NCBI GenBank assembly: GCA_905478195.1
Contig: CAJQHM010000001.1
Coordinates: 126 to 64,125, forward strand
Source of the DNA: an uncultured Pseudomonadales bacterium
GTDB lineage: Bacteria > Pseudomonadota > Gammaproteobacteria > Pseudomonadales > Pseudohongiellaceae
Length of the DNA stretch: 64,000 nucleotides
Direction of reading: 5' to 3'
The position numbers were made by a program, and so were the translations under genes. Position 1 is the stretch's first letter. Each line of letters begins with the position of its first letter. The notes under the pieces were generated by a model. It saw only the letters and a list, made by a program, of their open reading frames with translations. It made no database searches and had not been told where the DNA came from. Below are positions 28,338 through 39,304 of the stretch, piece by piece.

Positions 28338-30818
28338 ATGAGCAGCATCGACCCACAATATCCCCCGCAGGCAGTTGAAGCCGAAGCACAGTCCTATTGG
28401 CAAGAACACGAAAGCTTTAAAGTAAGCGAAGATTACTCTCGCGATAAGTTTTATTGCCTCTCAATGTTTCCCTATCCTAGCGGTCACCTGCATATGGGTC
28501 ATGTGCGTAACTACTCCATTGGCGACGCCATCTCCCGCTACCAACGCATGCTGGGGAAAAACGTACTGCAGCCCATGGGCTGGGACGCTTTCGGACTGCC
28601 AGCTGAAAATGCAGCCATACAGAATGAAGTGCCTCCGGCGAAGTGGACCTATGGCAATATCGACTACATGCGCGAGCAGCTGCAGAGACTGGGCTATGCC
28701 TACGATTGGAGCAGAGAAATCGCTACCTGCCATCCCGACTATTACCGTTGGGAGCAATGGTTCTTCACCCGCCTTTTCGCAAAGGGGCTAGTCTATAAGA
28801 AATCATCAGAGGTCAATTGGGACCCGGTGGACCAGACCGTTCTGGCCAATGAGCAGGTAGTCGATGGTCGCGGCTGGCGCTCTGGTGCCCTCGTCGAACG
28901 TCGCGAGATCCCACAGTGGTTCATCAAAATAACCGACTTTGCTCAGGAACTGCTAGATGACCTGGATGGCATGGATGGCTGGCCAGAAAAAGTCCGCACC
29001 ATGCAGGCTAACTGGATCGGGCGCTCGGAAGGTGTCGAACTAAATTTTGAAGTCGCCGGCGAGAATGACGCCGATCTGAAGCAGCTGAGTGTCTATACTA
29101 CGAGACCAGATACACTGATGGGCGTTACCTATGTTGCACTCGCCGTTCAGCACCCGCTGGCGAGCAAGGCCGCCCTATCCAACCCTAACGTCGCGAAGTA
29201 CATAGAACAGCAGAGCAACACGAAAGTAGCCGAAGCGGATATGGCTACGATGGAGAAGACCGGCATAGATACAGGTCTAAAGGCGATCCACCCCATCAGC
29301 GGTGAAACACTGCCCATCTATCTCGCTAATTTTGTACTAATGAGCTATGGCTCGGGTGCGGTGATGGCGGTACCTGCCCACGACCAGAGAGACTGGGAGT
29401 TCGCTAAAAAATACCAGCTGCCTATCAAACAGGTCGTTCAACCTGCCAGCCCTGACGAAAGCTGTGACTTAGAAAAAGAAGCCTTTGTCGCCAAGGGCAA
29501 ACTCATCAATTCTGGCGACTTTGATGGGCTCGATTTTATCGAAGCCTTCACCGCCATCGAGAAGCACCTGCGCGAGCGTGACCAGGGTCAGAAGAAGATC
29601 AATTTCCGCCTTCGTGACTGGGGCGTTTCCAGACAACGCTACTGGGGCGCGCCGATTCCCATAATAAATTGTGACAATTGCGGTTCTGTTGCAGTACCCG
29701 ATGAAGACCTACCCGTGTTACTGCCTACCGACGTAGAAATTGATGCTAGCGGCTCGCCTCTAGGTAAGCTCAAGGATTTTTATGAGGTCGACTGCCCCAA
29801 ATGCAACGCCAAGGCAAAACGTGAGACTGACACTTTTGACACCTTCATGGAGTCTTCATGGTATTACGCACGCTATGCCTCGCGAGACCAAACCAATAGC
29901 ATGCTGGACGAGAGAGCTGACTACTGGCTTCCTGTAGATCAATACATTGGTGGTATCGAACACGCGATACTGCATTTGCTCTATGCACGCTTCTTTCACA
30001 AACTCATGCGCAATGAAGGACTGGTAAGCTCGGACGAACCGTTCACCCACCTACTTACTCAAGGAATGGTTCTAAAAGACGGTAGCAAGATGTCCAAGTC
30101 GAAGGGCAACACCGTCGATCCTCTATCACTGATCCAGAAGTACGGAGCAGATACGGTTCGCATGTTTACCATGTTTGCATCGCCTCCGGACCAGTCACTA
30201 GAATGGTCCGATAGTGGAGTTGAAGGAAGTTATCGGTTCCTGAAGAGACTCTGGAAGATCGTCGCCAGACATGAAGCCGTCGCGTTGCAAGACTTCGGCT
30301 CGATAGAGCTTAGTGTCGACCAGGCTCAACTGCGCCGCAAAACTCATCAGACTCTGGAGAAGGTTAGCGATGACTATGGCCGGCGACACACTTTTAATAC
30401 AGCAATAGCTGCCACCATGGAACTACTGAATACCGTTACCCGTTTTGCCGATACTCACAACGACAATAACGATCGGCTGGCCATACAAGAGGCATTGGAG
30501 ACTGCTATTTTGATGCTCGCTCCAATAGTGCCGCACTTTTGCCATGCCCTTTGGATACACTTAGGTCATGACGAAGCAGTAATGAATGCCTCATGGCCCC
30601 AAGTAGACCAATCGGCACTTACTGAAACTTCGATAACTGTAGTACTTCAGGTCAATGGCAAGCTGCGCGACACGGTAGAAGTGGCGAAGGACATCGGTAA
30701 GGACGAACTCGAAAAACTGGCTCTGGGCAATGAAGCGGTAAAACGTTTCACCGCAGATGGCACCATCAGAAAAGTTATTGTCGTCCCTGGCCGCCTGGTT
30801 AATATAGTCGTCAACTAA
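28338..30818 (+). CDS. leuS: Leucine--tRNA ligase
   Basis: [16 protein letters not shown]. Confidence 0.98.
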   Translation: MSSIDPQYPPQAVEAEAQSYWQEHESFKVSEDYSRDKFYCLSMFPYPSGHLHMGHVRNYSIGDAISRYQRMLGKNVLQPMGWDAFGLPAENAAIQNEVPPAKWTYGNIDYMREQLQRLGYAYDWSREIATCHPDYYRWEQWFFTRLFAKGLVYKKSSEVNWDPVDQTVLANEQVVDGRGWRSGALVERREIPQWFIKITDFAQELLDDLDGMDGWPEKVRTMQANWIGRSEGVELNFEVAGENDADLKQLSVYTTRPDTLMGVTYVALAVQHPLASKAALSNPNVAKYIEQQSNTKVAEADMATMEKTGIDTGLKAIHPISGETLPIYLANFVLMSYGSGAVMAVPAHDQRDWEFAKKYQLPIKQVVQPASPDESCDLEKEAFVAKGKLINSGDFDGLDFIEAFTAIEKHLRERDQGQKKINFRLRDWGVSRQRYWGAPIPIINCDNCGSVAVPDEDLPVLLPTDVEIDASGSPLGKLKDFYEVDCPKCNAKAKRETDTFDTFMESSWYYARYASRDQTNSMLDERADYWLPVDQYIGGIEHAILHLLYARFFHKLMRNEGLVSSDEPFTHLLTQGMVLKDGSKMSKSKGNTVDPLSLIQKYGADTVRMFTMFASPPDQSLEWSDSGVEGSYRFLKRLWKIVARHEAVALQDFGSIELSVDQAQLRRKTHQTLEKVSDDYGRRHTFNTAIAATMELLNTVTRFADTHNDNNDRLAIQEALETAILMLAPIVPHFCHALWIHLGHDEAVMNASWPQVDQSALTETSITVVLQVNGKLRDTVEVAKDIGKDELEKLALGNEAVKRFTADGTIRKVIVVPGRLVNIVVN

Positions 30819-30832
30819 ACAATGGGAAAGCC

Positions 30833-31339
30833 ATGACATTTTTGAGATCTCTCAGTTTGTTCGCCCTATTGCTGAGCGTCAGCAGTTGCGGATTCAACCT
30901 GCGTGGAAGCGATACTCTCTCAGCCAACTTCAGCAGTCTTCAATTCTTTAGTGAGCAACCCACTAGTGAGCTAACTCGCTTATTGCGCCGCAGTCTTGAG
31001 GGTGCCGATGTCAATCTTATCCCTGTGACTATAGACGCGGCAGATAGCGAGACGCCCATGCTGGGAATTGCCAGCGAGCAGCTTGTATCCAGACCTGTCA
31101 CTATCAACCCTCGGGCTAGAGCAGCTCAGATAGAGTTGCGGCTCTCGATCGACATAGGCCTCACCTTGGGTGAACGGGTACTCATAGCTCCAGAGACCCT
31201 ATTCGTTGAAAGAACCTACTTTCAAGATGTCGAAAATATCAGTGGCAATCAAGAAGAGGCTGAGATCATCTCCACGGAGATGCGCCGCGAATTAATCAAT
31301 CAAATGATGAGACGACTCGCCGCCACCGGCCCCCTATAG
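30833..31339 (+). CDS. lptE: LPS assembly lipoprotein LptE
   Basis: Lipobox VSSCGFNLRG; leuS-lptE-holA synteny. Confidence 0.9.
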   Translation: MTFLRSLSLFALLLSVSSCGFNLRGSDTLSANFSSLQFFSEQPTSELTRLLRRSLEGADVNLIPVTIDAADSETPMLGIASEQLVSRPVTINPRARAAQIELRLSIDIGLTLGERVLIAPETLFVERTYFQDVENISGNQEEAEIISTEMRRELINQMMRRLAATGPL

Positions 31340-31353
31340 ACATTCAAGCCTAA

Positions 31354-32415
31354 ATGAAAATCAAACCAGAACAGCTTTCTCGAACTCTCAACAATGACGA
31401 ACTGCCATTGTACTGGTTGACTGGCGATGAACCCCTGCTTATGCAGGAGGCCGCCGACGCGATTCGCAAACACTACAAAGAGAAAGGGTTCGCGGAGAGA
31501 GAAGTGTTCAATGTCGACAAGAGTTTCGACTGGAGCCTCTTTTCACAATCCACTGGCAACCTCTCACTATTCTCTGACAAAAAAATCATCGAGTTACGAC
31601 TCTCAACAGCCAAGTTAGATGACCCCGGCAAGAAGGCGCTTCGGCACTATCTAAGCGATCTAAATCCTGACTTCGTCATCTTGATTAGCGGGCCGAAGCT
31701 GGGTGCTCAAACACTGAAGACCAATTGGTTCACCGAGATCGAAAGACATGGTGCCGTTGTACAAATCTGGCCAATCAATAGAGACAATTTGGCCACCTGG
31801 CTGGTGCAGAGGCTGTTAAGAGATGGCATTCGAGCGGACACCGACGCCCTACACCTTCTTGTCGACAAAGTTGAGGGGAACCTGCTCGCGGCCATGCAGG
31901 AGATTGAGAAACTAAAACTGCTGGCAGGAGAAGAGCGCAACGAGACTATTCATCTGGATGCGAAAACAGTACTGCAGGTGATAGCCGATAGCTCGCGCTA
32001 CAGCGTCTATCAGTTGGTTGATTCAGCACTGCTCGGCGACATTGCCCGCACCCAGAAGATGCTGGCAGGCTTGAAGAATGAAGGGCTCTTCCCGCTGATT
32101 ATCCTCTCCGCAATCTTCCATGAGTTGAGATCGCTTCTACCCATGTTGGAGAAGAAGCAGCAGGGCCAGGGTGTAAACGCAATCATTCAGTCCGCGCGAG
32201 TATGGTCTAATCGCAAGCAGCCTGTTGCCGCCGCATTGGCGAGACTAGACACACAAACCGTCTGGGAACTCCTGGACCATAGCCGCATTATCGACCAGAG
32301 CATCAAGGGAATGTTCCAGGCAAACACCTGGGACGAGCTCAGCCAGCTGCTCCTGCGATTGAGTGGCGTTGAACTTCTTGCAGCCCAAAAAATTGCAGCA
32401 AAAAAGCTTTTTTAG
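31354..32415 (+). CDS. holA: DNA polymerase III delta subunit
   Basis: GDEPLL, LSLFS.KKIIEL, EGNLLAAMQEIEKL. Confidence 0.94.
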   Translation: MKIKPEQLSRTLNNDELPLYWLTGDEPLLMQEAADAIRKHYKEKGFAEREVFNVDKSFDWSLFSQSTGNLSLFSDKKIIELRLSTAKLDDPGKKALRHYLSDLNPDFVILISGPKLGAQTLKTNWFTEIERHGAVVQIWPINRDNLATWLVQRLLRDGIRADTDALHLLVDKVEGNLLAAMQEIEKLKLLAGEERNETIHLDAKTVLQVIADSSRYSVYQLVDSALLGDIARTQKMLAGLKNEGLFPLIILSAIFHELRSLLPMLEKKQQGQGVNAIIQSARVWSNRKQPVAAALARLDTQTVWELLDHSRIIDQSIKGMFQANTWDELSQLLLRLSGVELLAAQKIAAKKLF

Positions 32416-34598
32416 TTTAATCCCCTGCGCTCTAACAAGGGAGCGATCTCGGCATCACGCCCTCGAAAATTTCTAAATAAGGCCATCGCCTCTTCACTTC
32501 CGCCTCGCGAAAGCAATGTCTCTCTAAAATGGTCGCCATTTTCTCGTAGTAGGCCGCCATTGCCTTTAAACCATTCAACGGTGTCTGCGTCTAGAACCTC
32601 ACTCCAGATATAGGAGTAGTAGCCCGCAGAATAGCCGCCCATAATATGTGAGAAATACGTACTCCGATATCTTGGTCGCACCGACTCTAAAGCAATGCCC
32701 GCGTTCTCCAGCGCCCGATACTCAAAATCAACCATCCCATCCGCCGAGGGAATTTCCTCAGGGGTAAGTTGGTGTAGCGCCTGATCTAAAATGGATGCGG
32801 CAAGATACTCCGTAGTAGCGAAGCCCTGATTAAACTTTTCCGTCGCGATCACCTTGTCTAGCAATTCTCGTGGCATCTGCTCGCCAGTTTCGAAGTGAAT
32901 CGCATAATTCTCTAGCACCTCGGGCCACGTGGCCCACATTTCGTTCACCTGAGAAGGATATTCCACGAAATCTCTTGGCACTCGAGTCCCCGAAAAGTAA
33001 GGATATTCAACGTCTGAAAACATACCATGCAAGGCATGACCGAACTCGTGAAACATCGTGGTAACTTCATCAAAAGTAAGAAGTGTGGGATCACCGGACT
33101 GAGGCTCTGTAATATTCAGATGATTAGCTACGATGGGGGTTGTGTCCATAACGGCACTCTGAGAGATGTACGAGTTCATCCAGGCACCCCCCCGCTTCGT
33201 TGGTCGCGCGTAGGGATCCATCAAGAACAGCGCTAGAGTCTGACCACCTATATCAAAGACTTCAAATACGCGCACATCTTCTTGGTAAACCGGCAGGTCA
33301 AATCGCTCCTGAAATGTAATTCCGAAGAGTTTCTCTGCAGCAAAAAATACTCCTCGCTGCAAGACATTGTCGATCTCAAAATAGGGCTGCAACTGACTCT
33401 CATCGAATTGGTATCTCGCGGTACGCAGCCTCTCTGTATAGAACGACCAGTCCCAAGCTCTAAGCTCAAAATCAAGCCCATCATCCTCTATCATCTGCTG
33501 GAGGTCAGCGGCCTCCGCCTGAGCATTCGCCACTGCTGGTGGAGCGAGTTCAACCAACCGCTGATTCACGGCTTCAACCGTACCCGCTGTAGCATCATCA
33601 AGAACGAATGCTGCGTGATTGGAATATCCTAAAAGTTGCGCTCTTTCGGCACGAAGGCGAAGCACGTCGGATAGAATCTGTGTATTTTCATAGGGCCCGC
33701 CTCGACTTCCGCGAGATAGAGACGTCGAATAAATACGCTCTCGCAGAGCTCTATTTTGTAAACTAGCAAGACTAGGTTGACCGCTGGTATTTAATAGAGG
33801 AATAACAAACTTACCCGGAAGTTCGCGTGCTTCTGCCTCGTTCTCTGCCGCAGCTATGAGAGCCTCACTCATCCCCGTAAGTTCTTCGCGCGAATCAACT
33901 ACTATCGCTAGCTCGTTTACCTCACTTAACACATTTTGTCTGTATTCGGTTTGCAACACAGCTATTTGGCTATTTAAGCTTCTCATCTGCTCCTGCTGAT
34001 CAACTGTGAGCCCCGCACCCGCTCTCACATAGTCGACATCGTATTGCTCCAACAATCGCAAGGACTGAGCGTCCAATTGCAGCTGCCCTCGCCGCTCGTG
34101 GAGAAAGCTTATGCGCTCATAGAGAGCTGGATTGAGAAGTATCTTGTCGTTGTGAGCAGCTAAGCGCGGAGCCAGTTCTTGCTCCAATTCGCGAATTGCG
34201 TCGTTCGTATGAGCGCCAGCAAGACTGAAAAAAACTCTCGATACCCTACTCAACAATTGGCCACTTACCTCCATAGGTAAGATAGTATTTTCAAAGGTAG
34301 GCTCATTTACTTGATTTACGATCGCATCGAGCTCCTCCAGCTGCTCGACCATTCCTTGCTCAAAGGCAGGCAGATAGTCGCTGTTCTCTATCAGATCGAA
34401 AGGCGGATAGTTTAGGTAGAGCTGACTTTCCTGAAAAAAAGGATTGATAGCAGACTGATCGGCATTGGCGATGGATTGATTGTTTGAGCTATCCAAATCT
34501 GCAACGGGGTAACTATCCCCCGGATCTGAGCAGGCAGATTGCACTGATAGAGTAATCATTAGCGTAAAACATTTCCCAAAGCTCGATTGCGTAACCAT
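32412..34598 (-). CDS. dcp: M3 family peptidyl-dipeptidase (Dcp-like), probable lipoprotein
   Basis: FHEFGHALH, RDFVEYPSQ, YSAGYYSYIWSEVLDAD, KRGGAWM; N-terminal QSAC. Confidence 0.85.
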   Translation of the reverse strand: MVTQSSFGKCFTLMITLSVQSACSDPGDSYPVADLDSSNNQSIANADQSAINPFFQESQLYLNYPPFDLIENSDYLPAFEQGMVEQLEELDAIVNQVNEPTFENTILPMEVSGQLLSRVSRVFFSLAGAHTNDAIRELEQELAPRLAAHNDKILLNPALYERISFLHERRGQLQLDAQSLRLLEQYDVDYVRAGAGLTVDQQEQMRSLNSQIAVLQTEYRQNVLSEVNELAIVVDSREELTGMSEALIAAAENEAEARELPGKFVIPLLNTSGQPSLASLQNRALRERIYSTSLSRGSRGGPYENTQILSDVLRLRAERAQLLGYSNHAAFVLDDATAGTVEAVNQRLVELAPPAVANAQAEAADLQQMIEDDGLDFELRAWDWSFYTERLRTARYQFDESQLQPYFEIDNVLQRGVFFAAEKLFGITFQERFDLPVYQEDVRVFEVFDIGGQTLALFLMDPYARPTKRGGAWMNSYISQSAVMDTTPIVANHLNITEPQSGDPTLLTFDEVTTMFHEFGHALHGMFSDVEYPYFSGTRVPRDFVEYPSQVNEMWATWPEVLENYAIHFETGEQMPRELLDKVIATEKFNQGFATTEYLAASILDQALHQLTPEEIPSADGMVDFEYRALENAGIALESVRPRYRSTYFSHIMGGYSAGYYSYIWSEVLDADTVEWFKGNGGLLRENGDHFRETLLSRGGSEEAMALFRNFRGRDAEIAPLLERRGLN

Positions 34599-34801
34599 AC
34601 ATACTCCCTCAGATTTCAGGGTAATTGAATTAATAGAGTAAAAACGTCACCTAGATCTAAATTTCAGTCAACAATTGTTGAAATTTGCCCATAACAGCCT
34701 GATCTTACCCCTATCGGCTGCTCGGTTATCATATACTAATTCGCAAATATGCGCGTAGACGCTTAAAGAAATACAGAGTCAATTTTTTAAATTCCCAGCC
34801 C

Positions 34802-36741
34802 AAGACTCTCAAATCGATTCACACTTCGAAGACCGGCCTCCTCCTTACAGTTGCAATGTTACGGCCCTGCACAGACGCCTGGGCTGCCGAGCTGAATATT
34901 ACGCAGAATCAACTAACGGTAAATCTGGGCCCTTACCTCGACAGCTTTGAAGACCCGGAGCGCGCGTTCACTACTGAGCAGATGACATCTGAATCGATTT
35001 AATGACAACGCTCCACGCAATTCATCCCTATGATGGGCCTGAGCAAATCTGCGCATTGGTTCAGCATAGTGATTAGCGGCGAGAATATGATGGACGAGGA
35101 CTTGGTGCTTTCGCCGGACACCCCAACCGTAGACCGTATTGAGTTTTATTTTGTTAACGGTGACGAGGTAGTTCGTACCTCGGTGACGGGCGATACCATT
35201 CCCCTGTCGCAGCTAGACTATCCCTACCGAATACCCGTGATTCCTTTCGAGATCACTGCGCAGGGCCGATGCACAAAGATCATCCTTCGCGCAACATCGT
35301 CTGTTGGCGTGGAGATACCGCTAACGCTTACTACCGCTTCGCTTCTAGCAGAAAGCCAGCAATCGGTACTGGTTTTTGACGGCGCATTGCTGATGATTTT
35401 CCTTTTCTGTTTCGGCATCTCAGTGGTCCTTTTTGCCTATAAGCGAGACACTCTATTCCTCGGCGTAACCTTTTTCTTTCGCGGTACCACCATCTTCCTG
35501 CTTACCCAAACTGGCCTTGGCAGAATTTGGTTCTGGCCCGGGAGTATAGACGCCAACACCCGTATCTCTTTGGTATCCGCAACAGCGTTAATTGCCAGCC
35601 TGTGCCTGATCGGCCGTTCGCTGCATTTCGAGAATAGATATCGCAGCTCGGCGAACATAGTGCTACGGTTTCTCATCTACGGAATGATCTCCCTAGGCCT
35701 GGACTACATAATAATTCCCTTCCATCAGATGAACAGCGACAATGTAGTACCTATTATGGTTATAGCTCTATTGGTCGCGATTACGGTATTAATCATGGCT
35801 TCAATTACTGCCGCTCAGGATTCCAAAGCCGCCATATATCTCGTAACTTACTGGTCACTGATTATTCTCGCCTAAAGCTCGAGTTGATCTATAAATTTAA
35901 ACTCGTGGAAAGATTCGCCTCTTCCCCAATCGTAGGTCAGGCTCTGGTGATCACGGCTGGACTATTTCTTTTAATGTTCATGGCTGAATTTGTTCGCTCG
36001 AAGAGTGGTGAACTCATCGAGGCTCGCATGGACACCAAGGCTAAGGCTGACTTCCTCAAGAATGTCTCCAGAGAGTTCTTAACGCCTGTACATCTCATAC
36101 TTGCAAACTCGAAGCGATTAATGGCCTCGCAGTCGGACAAATTAGACGAGCCTGCAAAAAGACACGTGACGACCGTCATAAAACAGAGCGATCGCTTACA
36201 CAATCTGATAAACGATTTACTGGAGATGGCAGAACTGGAATCCGATAGCTTCGAACCGGAATTCGAATTAGTTGAAATGACAAATTTCCTTGGTGAAATA
36301 AAAAACCTGATGTCGCCACCTGTTATGGAAAAAGGATTAGAACTAAGGTCAGAATTCGCGTCTGCGAACCTGTTAGTACAGACAGACAAATCGCGGCTGC
36401 AGCACATTCTGATAAACATCATTACTAATGCAATTAAACACACAGAGAAAGGCAGCATACTCCTCGCCTACAAGGCCGTGTATTTTCAGCGTAGGCTAGG
36501 CATCGAGATTTCGATCGAAGATACCGGTCGCGGCATGAGCGAAGAGTTTCAAAAAGTACTGTTTCGAGTGTTTTCACGCGAGGAAAGCAATCTGGAGAAA
36601 GATCAGCAGGGGTCGGGCTTAGGCATGGTCATAGTGAAGCGCATGATAGAAAAGCTAGGTGGAGAGATTACTTTTGAGTCACAGCGCGATGCAGGCAGCC
36701 GGTTCATTATTCGATTACCGCTACGCGCTGTTAAGGAATAA
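34802..36741 (+). pseudogene. Disrupted 7TM-DISM sensor histidine kinase
   Basis: Frame continues upstream of ORF 35030 (…AWAAELNIT…NLGPYLDSFEDP…) across TAA-TGA at 35000-35005; TAA plus frameshift at 35873-35884 separates the 7TM part from HisKA/HATPase (NIITNAIK, DTGRG, GSGLG). Confidence 0.75.
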
Positions 36742-36763
36742 CTTACTGACCCTGACACCCTGC

Positions 36764-37009
36764 CTAGTCAGTCTTCTTCTCCAATTGATAGACCGCATCA
36801 GTCACATCTTCCATCTTCACTTCAAAGCTTTGCAAGGCATCTGCCAAGCCCTGATTGTAGTAATATCCCCCCACTTCCTTCGAGAAAAAATCTATCAGAA
36901 ATTCCGCGTCGAAGCTGCCTAGTTCCTGATGCAGTTCATCTTGAAAATATTTCTGAATTTTCGCCACTATATCAATCTTAACGGTACTATTGAGCTCGAT
37001 ATCCGCCAA
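36764..37009 (-). CDS. DUF2164 family protein
   Basis: IQKYFQDEL..ELGSFDAEFLIDFF...GGYYYNQGL.DA. Confidence 0.85.
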   Translation of the reverse strand: MADIELNSTVKIDIVAKIQKYFQDELHQELGSFDAEFLIDFFSKEVGGYYYNQGLADALQSFEVKMEDVTDAVYQLEKKTD

Positions 37010-37010
37010 C

Positions 37011-37865
37011 TCAGGCCCCCAGCTGTCGCGCTAGGTCGTTGAAGTCCTCGGCCGTATAGTCGAACTCACCATCCGGATTTCTGTTTACCGGCCGCCCAGG
37101 GCCTCGCTCTAGTGGGCGGATAACATAGGCTGTCTTCAGGCCAGTACGAGCTGCCGCTCGCAGATCGCCAGGATGTGCTGCCACCATCATTACCTGCTCT
37201 GGCTTCAAGCTGAGCAAATCAGCAGCCTTGAGATAAGCTTCGGGATCGGGCTTATAGTGCCCGGACAGTTCTGCAGAGAGAATCGCATCCCAAGGCAAGC
37301 CACCATTTTTCGCCATATGCGTCAGCAGAGAAACATTGCCATTGGAGAGTGTTGTAATCACATACTTGGTCTTAAGCTTATTCAACCCCGAGACTGTATC
37401 GGGCCATGGAGAGAGGCGATGCCACGCTTCATTGAAATGCACGAGTTCTGGCTCACTCATGCCGGTAAGACCGTACTCTTCAACCAATTCATCTAGAATC
37501 ATACGATGAAGGTCGTCTATCTTGGTCCAGGGCATCTCGCCAGAACGAACCTTATTCATGGCAGGGCCGTAGCCTGCACGCCAACTCAGCGTAAATGCTG
37601 CCCAGTCGACATCGTAGCCTTTCTTCGCCGCTAGTAATTGACCTTCCCGAATAATGGAGCCATACCAATCGACGACCGTTCCGAACACATCAAAGGTCAG
37701 CGCTTTCACATTATTCGCTACAGAGCTATCCGCCGCCTGCGAGGCTAGAGGCAACAGGCCAATGCCCGTTCCTAGAGGAAGCACAGAAAGCGCGCGCAGA
37801 AATTGTCGCCTACTAGGCGTATCTAATGGAAGCGAGCGTATCGATTTTGCGGGGACATTCGTCAT
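37011..37865 (-). CDS. Haloacid dehalogenase type II (HAD) with Tat signal peptide
   Basis: SRRQFLR twin-arginine motif, hydrophobic core, ASQA cleavage; FDVFGTVVDW, LSNGN, YKP, MVAAH..DL. Confidence 0.85.
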   Translation of the reverse strand: MTNVPAKSIRSLPLDTPSRRQFLRALSVLPLGTGIGLLPLASQAADSSVANNVKALTFDVFGTVVDWYGSIIREGQLLAAKKGYDVDWAAFTLSWRAGYGPAMNKVRSGEMPWTKIDDLHRMILDELVEEYGLTGMSEPELVHFNEAWHRLSPWPDTVSGLNKLKTKYVITTLSNGNVSLLTHMAKNGGLPWDAILSAELSGHYKPDPEAYLKAADLLSLKPEQVMMVAAHPGDLRAAARTGLKTAYVIRPLERGPGRPVNRNPDGEFDYTAEDFNDLARQLGA

Positions 37866-37942
37866 GGCAGTTCTCCGAGCAGGGCGCCGCCTGCAGCTCT
37901 TTTTTAATCTACGTTAGCATACTGGATGTTCTAAAAGAAACT

Positions 37943-39283
37943 CTACTGGAAATAAACTGCGAGGATCGCGATGGGGCAAATGAACTTAACGTAGAAGGGC
38001 CAGATCTTCCAGAAGAGCCCATGCTCTGCCCCTGGGCTGCCATGACGAATCTCATCAAGGATCTCGTTACGACGCCAGATCCAGGCCACAAAAAAACAGA
38101 TGAATAGACTTAATAGTGGCTGACTTCTCTCCGTGGTGAAGTTCACCACCCAGTCGAAAAGAGGATCGAAATTAAAAACGATAAGCAGAGAGGCAAGCGT
38201 GATAATAATACCGATAATGATTGCCGCCTTCGGCCTGGGCATACCCCTATTCTCAACACTATAAGCTACCGGCACTTCAAGCATGGAAATCGACGAGGTG
38301 AGTGACGCTATTGTCATCAATGCGAAGAACGCTAGCGCTACTAGAATACCTATTGCACCCATGTTATTAAAAAGTGCCGGGAGAACCGAAACGATCAAAC
38401 CAGGGCCCGCAATTAGGCCGCCCGTGTCATCGAAAATTTCCACACCGCTAGCTAACGCTACGTACATCGCCGGCAATATCAGCAAACCCGCCAGAACCGC
38501 AATTCCAACATCTAATAAGGCCACCAGACTGCCCACTACGGGAAGATTCTCATCCTTGCTGATGTAGGATCCATAGACCAGCATAGTCCCGACGCCAAGA
38601 GAGAGGGAGAAGAAAGCCTGCCCCATGGCATTGATCAACAACTGAGGATCGGTAACTCGTGAAAAATCCGGCACTAAATAGGCACGCAAACCATCCATTG
38701 CACCTGGAAGGGTAAACACATACAAAATCAGGAGTACTAATATTCCGATCAGCGATGGCATCAGCCTGGTGGCCCATTTCTCTATACCATCCTTCACGCC
38801 GGCAGTAATAATGAAAACAGTGAACGCCATGAATATAACGACGAAGATTGCATTGCGAATCTCCGTATCAGTAGTCAGCCACTCGGAGAAACCCGTCAGA
38901 CCGAGAATTCTGGCAATGGGATCTAAAAAGAAAGCCACCATCCAGCCACTGACTATGGCATAGAAGCTAAGTATCAGGCTGACCGTCACGATACCAACGA
39001 GACCGATACCGAGGGCAAGAATCTGACTCTTCCTGCCGGTGGAAATGCTATTGAGCGCGGCCACAGCATTGGAACGCGTATGTCTGCCGATAATGAGCTC
39101 AGCCATAAGAGCCGGGTAGCCCAAAGCAAAGGCAAGAATAAGGTAGGTAAACAGAAATGCGGCACCGCCATTAGAAGCAGTATTTGTGGGAAAGCCCCAG
39201 ATATTGCCGAGGCCAACTGCCGAACCCGAAGCGGCCATGAGAAAGCCGAACCTGGATGAAAACTCCCCGCGCGCCGCTGACAC
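37943..39283 (-). CDS. Sodium-dependent transporter, NSS/SNF family
   Basis: GSAVGLGNIWGFP, NGGAAF, GQAFFSLSLG. Confidence 0.93.
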   Translation of the reverse strand: MSAARGEFSSRFGFLMAASGSAVGLGNIWGFPTNTASNGGAAFLFTYLILAFALGYPALMAELIIGRHTRSNAVAALNSISTGRKSQILALGIGLVGIVTVSLILSFYAIVSGWMVAFFLDPIARILGLTGFSEWLTTDTEIRNAIFVVIFMAFTVFIITAGVKDGIEKWATRLMPSLIGILVLLILYVFTLPGAMDGLRAYLVPDFSRVTDPQLLINAMGQAFFSLSLGVGTMLVYGSYISKDENLPVVGSLVALLDVGIAVLAGLLILPAMYVALASGVEIFDDTGGLIAGPGLIVSVLPALFNNMGAIGILVALAFFALMTIASLTSSISMLEVPVAYSVENRGMPRPKAAIIIGIIITLASLLIVFNFDPLFDWVVNFTTERSQPLLSLFICFFVAWIWRRNEILDEIRHGSPGAEHGLFWKIWPFYVKFICPIAILAVYFQ

Positions 39284-39304
39284 TATTTCCCCTACCTCTC
39301 CAAA

